The notes beneath the pieces are model-generated. The model was not told where the DNA came from, did no database searches, and worked only from the letters and a program-made list of their open reading frames with translations. The translations under genes were made by a program, and so were the position numbers. Shown here piece after piece: positions 49,801 to 61,255 of a stretch of DNA of 64,000 bases (within the stretch, counting starts at the first letter, position 1; every line of letters starts with the position of its first letter). Source of the stretch: Halocafeteria seosinensis (lineage: Eukaryota); assembly GCA_001687465.1 (NCBI GenBank), contig LVLI01000035.1, positions 1 to 64,000 of the forward strand, given 5' to 3'.

Positions 49801-52800
49801 GATGCACGGGAAGCACAACTCGTAGACAAAAAGAATAACGTACAGGTAAGTCGTCTAAACATGTCATACACTCGATCTCCTCTTCCTCTTGTAATCCCTC
49901 CAGTGCTTGATCACTGTAGTCTCAGTGAGCCAGCCTAACACATCAATTACTGGTATCAAATAACAACTTACCTGAACGCTTCATCCGTGTTGGGCATTAA
50001 AGAGCGGTTAGATCCTTCAAAAAAGGAATTCACCGTTTCATCAACTCTCCATTTGTTTTGCTTCAGGGCCCATACGACTTTGCCTATCGGGGCGTTGACA
50101 ATTTTGGCAACATCGCGAACTAGCTGCATCCATGTTGGATTCGTGGGGTTGCAACCTAAACAGGAAAATGCAAGCCTTCACTTACTTCTTCCATATTTTC
50201 ATTCAGGTCGGCCTCATCGACTGCTTCAACACTTCGCTGTCGCTCCAATGGTGTGAAAGATGCTTCCTGGGACGACTCTTGGTGGGCTACAATCGCACCG
50301 GTTCCGTGCGATTTGTTGCCCTCCATACCGGGTGTTACTTCTTCTTCTGCTTCAATGTATTCGTAGTCTTCTGCTTACAAACAAACGAGTCGATAGTCGT
50401 GCTCCTAACGAATCTACAGTATCCCGTTGAACCTACCACTCTCTACTGATGCTGTAGACGCTCTCCTTTCAACAGGGAAGGTTTCTGACAGAGGCAAGGA
50501 TATAAAATCCACTACTTCTGCGAAGGGATATGATTGTACAAACGCATGCCACTATTAATAGACACAAATCCTACTTACGTGAGAGCAGCTGACACAACTG
50601 GACGAGATGAGGATCTCGTTTACTCGGTATTCGACTCTGTTGGAACTCTAGCACACTGTGCTTTGTTGCAAGTTGTTCAGCAACACATTTTTTCATGTGA
50701 GTGTAATCGCGCATCCAGCTAGTATCCGGTGAGCACATTTTTTCCAATTTATCAGTGATCATTTCAAAAGCTTTTTCGAACTCAAATGGTTTTAATCCTT
50801 CTTGTTTGTTGGCGAGAGCTAACGCTTTAATAACGTCAGAATACGGCTCGTTCACAGAAATATGTTGCTTTGGTGGCAATGAAGAGCAGACAATTCTGTA
50901 GCATAGGGCCAATGCCTTAGGCTCGTTCGGTTGCAGGGATTCCAGTGTCTCGTTTACAGACAGTGAGTTGAACGCATGCAATATCTCATAGCACAGTTTC
51001 GCAGTATAAAGGGGGACATTTAGCCACTCGTCAGGGCTTTGTACAGTGAGAGTTGAAATATAGTTGTGGTCGACAAGGTGGTTTATAATTGAGGAGTATC
51101 CTCGCGCAGTTAGTTCGTGCAAACAGGACCTTGATTGACCGTCTTTAAGCTCGGCTGAGAATCCCTTCGACAAGAGCAGCTGAAATGTGCTTAAAGCCTT
51201 ACCTTCCGAAGAGACTAGAGAGGCGCAGTGCAATGGAGAACGGCCCTGATTATCACTTGCGATGCCATGTTTGCAAATTTCACCAAGAATATCGATCACT
51301 TCCATGTTGCCGTACTGCACTTCAGCCACAACGTCGTTCCGGACTCACAGTAAGAAGGGCAACACGTAACATACCTGACATGCAATAAGCAAAGGATGGA
51401 CATCGGAGTGCATATCCATCCTTAACCTATCCGCAACTCCATTGTATCCCTGAAATATGCTTTGAAGTAGCACTGCATTGTCATACCGAGCAGCTACAGC
51501 AAGAGGTGTGAGCCCTTCAGTCGTGGCGGTGAATAGTTCGTCGACGTCGAGGGCAAACAAGCGAACAGTGGGGAACGCCCCGCCTTCACAAGCATAGTGC
51601 AATGTTGAGTAGCGTTCCGCAACATTCTGGGAGTTATTCGGATCCAACCCTAATTTCTGCCTCGTTGGGGCGTGCACCAATCTGTTCTGGCCATCTAGAA
51701 GCTCCGTGTTGGAGGAGAGAATACTGGCCCGGATTGGGGACTCACCTGGAGACGGAAACAAACGAGCTTTGTGAAGCTATTCTTACAAATGAGAATGAAG
51801 GCTGCACTCACCTGCTTCTGGTAGCAAATCGGCGGAGTAGAGCAGTATGAGCAAGAGCTGACAGCAGCATTGATGAGCCATAGATTGACCCTGAGCCGCA
51901 ACCTCTACTGGGTACCGTCCATCCGATGTCTTCTGTTCAACATAGCGTTTTAAGTCGTCTTTGTTCATTGTCTTGAGCGTAAAAAGGAGCATTCCATATT
52001 GGCCTTCAGCAGCGAACCTGGGCAACATCAGGCAAAATGTTCGCAGCAATGTTCAACTGAACCAATGGGCAGCAACGACTATCGTACCGATGTAGCATAT
52101 TCAAACCGAGCTGACCCATCTTCTCCGCTGCAAATCCTCCAATATATTCCAAGACGACAGTATACCGACGATCTGGATTTTGACGGTCTACCAGCGTTCG
52201 TTCCTGCGCAGCAGAAGACACATCTTCAATGTTGTCACCAGAGTGACCTGGGCAACGAAGGAAGAACTATACCGTGTAAAAAGGATTTCTAAAACCACAC
52301 TGGCTTTGTGCAGGACTGGTAAGAAGAGTGAGAGAGCTGTTAATCTCAGCGCCATCAGCTTCTTGCTTCAATGTTTCTTCGTGTAGGAAGAGTTCAGCTT
52401 GTTTCCGCTGAAAGTTTACTAAATTGCTCATCGTGATTGACGCCTTGGAGAGAACATTCTTCTTTCGCGGATCTCCTCGCTTTCGAACCTGGCTCCATGC
52501 AACGAAATACATGACTGCTCTTCAATAGTGTACCTACATGTAGCTTGTGGCGGCGTACCCTCAGTTCAATATCTGCTCCTCCGTAGTAGCTCCCCACAGG
52601 CAACGCACCAACATAAGTGCCACCTCCTGGCGAAGCCCCCATTTGCACTAAGGGTGTGCAAAACCCCTCTGTATTCGAATCTCAGCTTGCGTTGTGGTGC
52701 CGGATACAAGAGCCATTTATCTCTCCTTACCGTAAGCCAGATCAAGGACGTATTTCGATCCATTTTCGAGCCATGAACCAGGTATATTTTCCAATCTCGT

Positions 52801-52973
52801 TACCTGCATACCAAGGGACAATTCCACAAGTGAGTAATCAGCCACTTTCTACGTCTCTTGTCATCGTGGTGGTGTGTATACGTGTGAGGGAGGAGAAATG
52901 GACGTACGGAGACAGCGATGATTCCCTCCCGTGGGTTGCGACGATCCAAAGGACTGTCCCCACGCCGAGGCAT
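46855..52973 (-). CDS. Ankyrin-repeat RBR (Ariadne/ANKIB1-like) E3 ubiquitin ligase, many exons
   Basis: Ankyrins (GLNMLHRFAAEG, STLHYACEGG, GLTPLAVAARY, GRSPLHCAS); RING1 CMTC..CRHYMCENC..CPTEGC; IBR CPSSHC..CPFC..CARC..H..C; RING2 CPQC..GCNHMK-CTNC..CYMC; manual splicing keeps the frame. Confidence 0.88.
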
Positions 52974-53234
52974 TTCGAGATATTTATCCGTACACTAAAT
53001 ACTGTAACTGTAATTTTGCTCACTGACAACCCGGAACGAAGGAAGTGGTGGATGTGCAAGGTGCAACACAGTTGACGTGGAACTTCAAGGAAAAAGCTGC
53101 TGCACACCTGCTCTGAAGTAAGAGTCTTAACTCAACTAAGAGAGGGGGCAGAATACATGCAATGGATGAATCCAATTCTTAATAGTTTCTTATTATTTAT
53201 AGTGATTCATACTGCCGTCATCTGTTATCTACTT

Positions 53235-54272
53235 CTACGCTTTGGTGACGCCCTCCTCTTGGAATACCTCCAACCATGAGTTGAGGATGACCTCGTCCTT
53301 TGCCGAGAACTCCCAAATGCGGGTGCCGTATTCCTTGCTTTTTGGCCTCAAATTGAATTGAAGAGGCTGGCCACCAGGATTCACGATAAGCTCATAGTTC
53401 TTCAGGTTTATGTGGTTGGCTTTCAAAGGAGGGACGTTGTTGTCATAGTCGGTCTTGGACTGCAATTTTACAGCTATAATGTGTTCACGAGTTGGAAAGA
53501 AGATCACAAAGCAATACGCTTACCTTGTAGTACGTCAGCTCTCCATGATCCAACACAATATAGCGTTTTTTCCATCCTTTCCCCATGGTGCCTCCTCCTC
53601 TCTTCCATAACCACCCAGCGAGCACAGTGCCATTGGTATCGTCGTCACCGACTCCGGTGTCCTCCTCAGCAGCAGTGGATTGTCGACGGTCTGGTCCTCG
53701 GTTTTCTTCTTCCTCAGGAACATCTGGCTGCAATTCACTAAAACCACGAGGGCAAGAGTCACAGAGACTCGATAACCGAAATGTGCCTATTGCTGTTTTC
53801 TTACCTGGTCCTCGTGCTGGTCGTCAGATGCAGCGTCATCATCAGCCGCAGTTGTCGCACCCTCAGCAGATTGTTCTTCTTGATGCGCTTCACCCTTGCT
53901 GGCTGCGGCATTATCCGATTCAACTGCTTCGTTGTCTTCATGCTTTTGCGCTGACTCTTCCGCGTTTTGAGCTTCCTCCTGCTGATGGGTTGAATGTTCA
54001 GGCTCATCATCGTGCACTGGTTCATCACTTTGTTTATCATCAGCCGGTGCCTCCACTTCTCCTGTCACTGCTTGTTCTTCTTCATGATTATCGATCTCTC
54101 CTTCGTGCTTCTCTGTAGCTTCTTGCTCGGGCTGGTGAGCAGAGGCCTCCTCTTCCTCGGCGGTGTTGTTGGTCTCTGGTGTTTTCTCAAGACCAGCGTC
54201 TTGTTGTCCCCCTTTTTGCGGGGCCTGCTCAGTCTCATGGACTGTATCTTCTTTAGAGCCACCACAACCCAT
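53235..54272 (-). CDS. N-acylated acidic protein with a C-terminal PH domain, 3 exons
   Basis: MGCGGSK N-terminus; AGWLWKRGG..WKKRYIVL..LTYYK...IWEFSAKDEVILNSWLEVF PH pattern. Confidence 0.88.
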
Positions 54273-54918
54273 GGTATCTGCAGTATTCGGATTGAAATAG
54301 AAAAGGCGTGACCACGTATGAGCCTGAAGAAACTGGAGGGGCAACCCCAACGGAAAGCTGGTGGCGGAGAACCGACTATGTCTTCATCGAGTCCCCTCTA
54401 AAAGCCAACAGTGAGCAAAACAGACGAAGGCAAAGGTGAGAAAACAACATAGAGATCAAAATGGGTCAATAGGCACAGTGCAAAAGGAGGAAATCCCTCT
54501 AGCGCTTTTTTTTTCTTCTCTTTCCTTCCTTTTTTGGCGCCTTTGTCATATCTTACTCATACCTTGACTATAGCAATCCGGTATTAAACTAGATAATATT
54601 TGCACCCCTGCAAAAATTCATGCGAACTCTATCGCTCACTTGACACGGGCAAACACTCCAACAAATTGCCACATTTAGCGGGTTGTGGGTGCCGACTCTG
54701 CGGGAGAACCCTCGAGGTTGTGCGACGGTTTGAGAACATGACAAACTTTTCGCCCACTTGATTCTTTTTGTGAAGATGAGGCTGGAATCCTCGGGTTATC
54801 CTCCCCCAATGGCATGTGATACGGCCGCCTAGTATAAAGGAGGTCAAAATTTCCGAAACTTTTTGAAGTTCAATCCCTGGGGAGTCTGGTTGAAACGAAA
54901 GCATCGGAGCAGGAAACG

Positions 54919-56424
54919 ATGGCGCTCGTTCGCAGAGTGTATCGTCGTTGTGTTGGCCGTATGGGAACCATACGACAACCCTGGGCTGACACCACATTTA
55001 CGATGGTTTGGCCTTCTACAACACATTCTCACGACTATCGGGGACGCTGCATTCATTCGTCGTTTAGCGCTGGTGCTGGGAATGCCCAAACGCCAGAAGG
55101 TGCCAGTCAACAGCCACAACATGGAAGTAGAAGACGACTAAGTGAGGCTGAGTGGAGACTTATCAATAATGATGCCGGGCATCCTTCGAATAATGTACCA
55201 TCGACGGTAACAGGGAAAATCGAGAAGCATCTACTACACCAGGAAAATCACCCATTGAACATCATCAAGCGAAAAATTCATGAATTTTACGCATCCCCCG
55301 AACGCGAGACGCAAGACGCGGCGGTATTTACGCTATTCGATGATCTAAGTCCCGTGGTTACAGTGAAACAGAACTTTGATGAGCTACTGACACCCGAAGA
55401 TCACGTCTCGAGAAAACCCACCGACACATTTTATCTCGATGACACACACCTACTGCGCTGTCACACGAGTGCCCATCAAACCGACCTGATGCGTAGTGGC
55501 CATAGTGCATTTCTTGTGGCTGGAGACGTGTACCGCCGTGATGAAATCGACTCGTCGCATTATCCGGTTTTTCACCAGATGGAAGGGGTGCGTGTGTTTA
55601 CACCAGAGGAAGTACGTATTATATGCCGTCTTTATTTGGGTTTGCTGGTTGTAAGGAAACATGTTCGTTTGCAGATCTCACCAGACTTGGGCGCTACGGA
55701 GAAGCACGGAATTGTGGTTCAAGATTTGAAGGAACATTTAGAGGGAATGGTGTGTTGGAACACATGTATTCGTTGCCAACAATAGCAAGATTGTAACCAT
55801 TTTGCGTTTTTTTGGATTTGCTTTTTGGATCAGATCCGCAAAATATTTGGCGATGTGGAAATGCAATGGATTGACGCATACTTCCCTTTCACTGACCCAT
55901 CGTACGAACTAGAAATTTTCTGGGAAGGCGAATGGCTAGAAGTTTTAGGATGCGGCATGATTCATCCTGGTGTTTTGGAAAATGCTGGAAGAGGCAATGA
56001 AACGGGCTGGGCTTTCGGTCTTGGCCTGGAGCGACTGGCAATGATCTTGTTTGAGATCCCTGATATCCGGTTGTTTTGGACTGATGACGAAAGGTTCCAC
56101 GAGCAGTTCAAAAGCGGGGAGATCGTTAAGTTCCAACCCTACAGCAAGTATCCTCCATGTTACAAGGACATAACATTTTGGCTTCCAGAGAGTGGTTTCC
56201 ATGAAAACGATTTTTTTGAACTTGTTCGGAGTCTAGCCGGGGACTTGGTTGAAAGTGTGAAACTGATAGACGACTTTTGGCACCCAAAGAAAAAGCGGCA
56301 GTCTCATTGCTACAGAATAATATACCGTTCTATGGACCGGAATCTGACGAACGAGGAGGTTGATGAAATACAGATGCGTCTTCGAGAAGAAGTGGAGCAA
56401 CAAATTCAAGTAGAGCTGAGGTAG
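54919..56424 (+). CDS. FARS2: Mitochondrial phenylalanyl-tRNA synthetase, 3 exons
   Basis: LLRCHTSAHQ, YRRDEIDSSHYPVFHQMEG, YFPFTDPSYELE, GWAFGLGLERLAM and the C-terminal FDX-ACB domain (SHCYRIIYRSMDR). Confidence 0.97.
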
Positions 56425-56477
56425 TAAGGAAGCAAATACATTAACCTGTGGTATATACATAACCCACCTAAGACTAT

Positions 56478-59400
56478 TCAGAGGTAATCAGCTGCATAGT
56501 TGTTACCTTGGTTCTGCAAAATCCTGTCCAAATATGAAGCTCCTCCACCGGCCCGACGGGCGGAAGGAGCTGCACTCATCGGTCTTCCCTGTTGTCCATG
56601 CTGAGTATTGTACGGCCTCCTATACGTTGCGTAATTTGAATCAGGATATTCGGCTTGCCCCTGGTTCGACCCTGGTTTTGCCGATGAAGGTCTTTGGAAA
56701 GAGCGACCTCGAGTTGGTTGACCTGTGATTACCCCACTACTATGCCCTTGGCTCCGCGGAGTAGCGGACGTGGGGCGCTCAGTATCGTCACTCTTTCTCC
56801 CCTTCCCGCGCAGCCTCTCAGAATGCTCAAGCAGTGCGGTCCTACCATAACGATGAAGCAGTAAATAATACGTTGACGTATATGCATTCTTCGCACGTGA
56901 AATCACAGACTGCACGAGAACGTCCCGGCGGAATCCCATGTCGGTGCATTTTCGGATAGCTGCTTCGATTAGGTCTTGACTGGGGTCTTTTTCATTGATC
57001 AGCAACGAGTGATCAGGTATCATCGATACAGCACGCAACGCAGCGGAAGCCACAGGGGCAGCCCAAGGATGACGGCGGGCTCGACCCAATGTCAACCGTT
57101 TCATTGGGTCCGGATGTAGCATTCTTCGAAGCAGGTCACGGCTTGCATTAGATAAATGGTCAGGGAACCTCAAATGTCCTCCAGCAATTTTCTTATAGAG
57201 CTCTGGATATGTCTTGGCAACAAAAGGAAAATGCCCGCAAAGACAGGCAAACAGAAGAACACCTAAACTCCACACATCAACAGGCCTCCCAAGATACTCT
57301 TTCCTCTGAACAATTTCCGGCGACATGTATGAAGGGGTTCCACAGAAGACTTTGAGCCTCTTATTTGGGTCCTTCACTTCAACAGAAAAGCCGAAATCTA
57401 CAAGTTTCATATCGCGAGCATGGTCAAACAGCACGTTTTCCAATTTCACATCGCGATGTATTATGCTGTTGTCATGCATGTACTCAGTTGCAAGCAAGAT
57501 CTGGATAAAGATACGTCGAGATTCGGGCTCCGACAGCCTCTTGCGGGACTTGACATAGCTACATAGATTCCCTCCACCAGCGTACTCCATGATAATATGT
57601 ATTCGCTTTGGGCTATCAATCATCTCTAACATCCTGATCACGTACGGATGGTTAAGTCTTTCCATGAGTTTGATTTCCTGTTGAACCCGCTTCCAATGCT
57701 GCGGTTCTTTCATCTTACTTTTTTCATAAGATTTCACTGCCACCTTGCAGCCTGCCAATCGATGCCAAGCGAGCCTGACTTTGCCAAAACTTCCTTGGCC
57801 CAATACCTTACCAAACCCATAAAAATCCGTAGTACTGTGGCCGTCGAAATCATCCGAAGCTACTGTCTCTTTGAGGCGTTGGCGCTGCTGCCATTCCCTT
57901 TCACGTTGCTGCTGCTTGGGATCTGCATCCTGAGAGCCGCCAGTTGATTGGTTCTCGGTGGGTTGATTGGAGGAAGTACGACGACTTGGTCCAGCCGAAG
58001 ATGGGCGTTGCGCAGTTTTTCGATCGTGCTCGGGGCGCGTCGCGGCAAGTGCCGTTTGCGGTCGTACTTGTTGTCTGACTGCAGTAGACGCATCATCCGC
58101 TGCTGTATCTATCTCTCCGTGGACCCTCTGTCTTACAGAAGACTCTTCCTCAGAAGACGAGCCAGAAACGTTAGATTTGTGACTCTTCGGTGTTGCCTCC
58201 TTTTTGTGTGTGGAATGCTTGTCTCCCTGTTCATCAAAGCCACCTGGAGCGCGCACCCCTACACCTACACCGTCGTCATCTATCGGAATGAGTACATCTT
58301 CGTCGTTTCCTACGTTATACTTTGACTGGATCTGCGCTTTTTCAGAATCTTCCTTATCATCTTCGTCCTTCGATTCGTGATGCCTCCCGGACACACGTAT
58401 GACTTTTTGCTCCGGGAGCTCACTTCGGCCATTCATCGAGTCTTGCGTACGCTGCATCTGTACCGGGCGAGACTTTGGATGAGCCGAAGGGGGTCGATTC
58501 AGACGGTTTGCCGTTGAAGTTGTGTTAGAGACCTGAGACGGGACTTCGGAGTTCCCAGTGTGCGTTGTCGTCACGGTAGCTTTGCTTGGCGCAGTGGAGG
58601 TTTGAGGACCTTCCCCACTACTGCTATCTAGGGTGACCTTCTGTGACGGCGTAATCCTTACGGTTGTAGTCGTCTCCTTAGGCGCTTCTGAAGAATTCGC
58701 TGGTTCCGCTGCAGGAGAGCCAAGAGAAGCATTTGGGAGTGGCTGCGCATTCTCTTCGGTCCCACGCGACAAAAGCACGGGACGCTTGTTGGAAACATAT
58801 TCGCCCTGCTTGTTGTCAGTACTCGCCGTACTTTTGCTTGGTCCATCGTCTTTCGGTGCAAGGATAGCGCTTCCCTTTTTATCATCCTTCAAGGACGAAG
58901 CAGCGGCAGTGTTCCTATGCTTCGGTGTCTCTGGAAGAAAAGGCCCATCACTCGCGTCGTGATGGCGTTTCACGTCGCTGTATCGTACTTTAACCGGAGT
59001 CTCAGACGTATTTGTTGTTTCAGTTCTGGCATAGTAGGCAGCAGATGGTAAGTGGGTTTTGTCTTCAGCCTCGCTTCTTACAGCCGGGCGAGGTACAGAA
59101 AAAAGATTGTTGTTTCCTTGCTGCTGCTGCTTCGTCTCGAACCCCTCTTGCTCCCCAGTTCCACCCGAGTTACCTGATTCAGAACTTCTAGTAGAAGATT
59201 CCTTCTTATTCCGCGAGACAGCTGCTTTCGTCTTTTTCTTGTGCTTGCTAGCAGTGCTTTGCCTCTGTTGCCTACCTCTTGACGCTGCGCGCGTAGAAGC
59301 GGTGCTGCTGGTGGAGGGTTTCCTTGATCTGGGCCGCGTCTTTGTCGCCTTCATGTTAGCAGCATGCTGTGCCCTTAGCTGTGTCTGAGCATATTGGAAC

Positions 59401-60452
59401 GGCTGCATGGGCGAGCCTTGAGTAACCGCGGAGGGTTTAACCACCAATCTCGGGCCGTATCCTTGTCTGCCAGGGCCCCCTTGTCCATATCCACCAGCAT
59501 TTCCCGTGGCTGGTGAACCAGCCGTCATCAGAGTCCCTTGGAGCTCCGTAATGCCGTGGGAGTTCGACCCAAACCTCCTTGTTGCGGGTGCAGAGCCTGG
59601 TCGTTTTTTCTTTGATGGGGTTCCACGAGCATTATTCGGTGTCGGCGTTCGACCTCGGCGATCCATAGCCACTCCCTGCTGCTGATTCACCGCAGACGGA
59701 CTGCCTGCTCCTCCATTGCGCTTCGAGGCAGAGGTGGGCCGCGAATTCGTTTGGTTATTGGCCAGAGACGTTATATTCATACCGTTGTAATCGTTGTTCA
59801 CTCCAGTCCAGGGTCTCGTTTGAGCTCCTTGGGCGCTGATGTACAGCTTCGGATCGCTCGATGTGGCATCATACCTGCCCACCCCATTGTAAAGAGGTTG
59901 CGCACGGAACGTTGGATTGGAATATTTTAGCCCCGAGCTGGAGACCCATTGCCTGTGGACGGTGTTACCTTGATGCTGTCCTTGATACTGAGGGGCATCG
60001 GCTGCCGAGTTCGCCGCGCTGTTCCATGTATTCGATAAGATCAAATTGTTGGCATTGTCTCTGCGCAGCAGAGTCGAAAAAACAGTCTCAACCCTTCCGA
60101 TAGTACCGAGCCTCTCCACCTACCTGCTGTTGCCAGCATAAAAGCTACCCGCTATTTTCCTTGCTTGGCTTGGATTTGTCGAATTTGCATTTCGATGTTG
60201 TTTATTTCCTGTCGAAGTGGCTGATTGAGGTCTTCCCATTGCAACGAATCCCATGCCATTGGCGTTTGTCCCTGCTCCACTTGCTCCAGCAGGTGTTACT
60301 ATGCCACCCCATCGTGCTGCACCGTTTCCCTGCCCGGGCGCTCCGCCATTTTGATATCCGCTGCTATTGTTGCTAGAGCTATTCATGGCAGCTGTCGATG
60401 TTGCTCCAGTACCAGCAGGGATGCGACCGTTCAGTTGTTGGAAAGGGTACAT
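56478..60452 (-). CDS. CAMKL (MARK/SNF1-related) Ser/Thr kinase with a long disordered N-terminus and a UBA-like domain, 2 coding exons
   Basis: LGQGSFGKV, VAVK, HRDVKLEN, DFG, FCGTPSYMSPE and DVWSLG; a 63-nt intron at about 60061-60123. Confidence 0.93.
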
Positions 60453-61255
60453 TTTCGGCCAAACTGCATTGCACCAAGGAAAAAGCGCAACCTACGATAT
60501 GATAACGAGATAACGGTACAATGTTTACGAGGACGCCCCAGTGTACGAATGGCAACCTGTCACTCCTGCATGCATGCATGCAGACACCCACCCACAGGGC
60601 CTCAGGTCCTCACTCCTTTTCGAGGGGCGCCTTTAACGCCCAAACGGCGCCATTCTCGGGAACCGTTCAGTCCTCAAGTTGCACTTTGTTCTCTCCCCAA
60701 GACCGTATATCACCTCATTCTTACCTTTTCTGTTTGATCCAGACGGAGCTTCCAGTGCACTGTGCTCTATCTGTCTCTTTGGAGGTGTGCTATGCTTATC
60801 CCACTGTCATTACTGTCGGCGCCACGCAAGCTTTCCCCTGTTCTTTGCCACACTATTCTACTGCCTCTTGTCCACAAAGCCAGTACTGAATTTGATCCGA
60901 TACTGCAGACCAGAACACTCTCCCTGTGAAACCACAAGTCCTCCCTATAGCGTCTCTTTCCCTTGCATATGGAGGCGCATGCGGTTCAAGAAAACCCGGC
61001 TAGCCTAGCCAACAAAGTTTTCTTGGACTTTTTTCCCGAACGTCAACTTCAACTTGCAAGTGACACAGTTCGTCTTGTAGATAGACGGCTTCTGGGCTTG
61101 TATACGTGAAGTAGTGTTGTGCATACAATAGACTGGATGCGCATCTCTTGCATTGCCTCCTAACCGATTGTCTAGTGGCTGTGGAATACCGTTTTCTCAG
61201 GGGAGTGTGAAGTCACGTTTTTCGGAGGACAGCCTGAACAGGAATATAGGACGAA

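Noticed and set aside
50496..50503. ATATCCTT (U12-type 5' splice site) on the minus strand
   Set aside because: It falls inside an open exon (VDFISLP) bounded by ordinary GT-AG introns.
7611..52973. Apparent cluster of ubiquitin and proteostasis genes (E2, CUE-Smr, ATG5, PSMB4, COMMD, RBR)
   Set aside because: These classes are abundant in eukaryotes and are interspersed here with unrelated genes; there is no evidence of co-regulation.
60061..60123. Apparent TAG read-through between the in-frame ORFs 60120..60452 and 56478..60119
   Set aside because: The TAG lies inside a 63-nt GTAGGT…GCGCAG intron whose removal keeps the frame.
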